Shown here: positions 63,257 to 64,000 of the stretch, in pieces
Position numbering within the stretch: position 1 is the stretch's first letter
Layout: the number at the start of each line of letters is the position of its first letter
Assembly (NCBI RefSeq): GCF_009914755.1
Contig: NC_060940.1
Reading direction: 5' to 3' (one strand)
Source of the DNA: the human T2T-CHM13v2.0 reference genome, Homo sapiens
DNA: 64,000 bases
The notes under the pieces: model-generated
Told to the model about the DNA's origin: nothing
Databases searched by the model: none
Seen by the model: only the letters and a program-made list of their open reading frames with translations
Made by a program: the position numbers and the translations under genes

Positions 63257-63478
63257 GGCATTATAAACAAAGAAAAAAAACCCTAGCAAACGATGGGAGT
63301 GGGTGAGAACCTGATTTCCAGAGTTACATTATAATATCTAAATGTTCGGTTTAGAGCAAAAAAATCACAAGGCATACAAAGAACAAAAAATTTATAGCCT
63401 ATTCAAAGAAACAAAATTAACCAACAGATAAAATCCTGGAAGAAGCCTAGGCATCAGACTTACCAGACAAAAACTTTA

Positions 63479-64000
63479 CTTTTTTTTTTTTTTAAATTTT
63501 TAATTTTTGTGGGTACATAGAAGGTGTATACATTCATGGGTTACATGATGTATTTTGATACAGACATACAATGTGTAATAATCACATCAGGGTAAATGGG
63601 GTTTTTCCATTACCTCAAGCATTTGTCCTTTGTGCACAAACAATCCAATTCTACTCTTCTATTTTAAAATGTACAATTAATTATGGACTATAGTCACAAT
63701 GCTGCATTAACAAATACTAGGTCTTATTCATTCTTTCTATTTGTTTTTGTACACATTAACCATCGCCACTTCCCTACTACTATTCTTCCCAGCCTCTGGT
63801 AACCATCCTTCCACGATTTCCATGAGTTCACAATTGTTTTAATTTTTAGATCCCATAAATAAGTGAGAACATGCCAAGTTTGTCTTTCTGTGCCTGGCTT
63901 CTTTCATTTAACAGAATGACCTTCACTTCCCTCCATGTTGTTGCAAATGATGTAATCTCATTCTTTCTTATGCCTGAATAGTACTCAGTTATATAGATGT
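63479..64000 (-). mobile_element. L1MA 3' end (continues beyond window)
   Basis: Poly-T then tttttgtgggtacatag...aataatcacatcagggtaaatgggg...aagtgagaacatg. Confidence 0.9.

Overview
This is eukaryotic, primate (human or great-ape) genomic DNA, not a prokaryotic accessory region. The window is almost entirely intronic sequence of ITFG1 (TIP/LINKIN, FG-GAP repeat protein) on the minus strand. It contains two internal coding exons, 38552-38646 (95 nt) and 36063-36235 (173 nt), which splice in frame and encode FG-GAP Ca-binding loops. From memory these are probably exons 9 and 10. The rest is interspersed repeat: about 20 Alus, many L1s (a near-full-length old L1M, a 4.3-kb L1PA with a 546-codon RT ORF, an 85-bp young L1 micro-insertion), MER21/MaLR/LTR12C LTRs, Tigger/Charlie/MER5 DNA transposons, MIRs, and a retroposed Y3 RNA pseudogene. 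Nearly all other ORFs in the track are repeat-derived or chance. I found no evidence of a new multi-gene system. The best leads are local rearrangement scars (fold-back quadruplication, near-perfect 178-bp duplication, inverted Alu fusion with L1 deletion, truncated LTR12C with an apparent TSD), two candidate enhancer motif clusters, and possible alternative RNA processing around the exon pair. Repeat subfamily names are from recall of consensus sequences and their boundaries are approximate.
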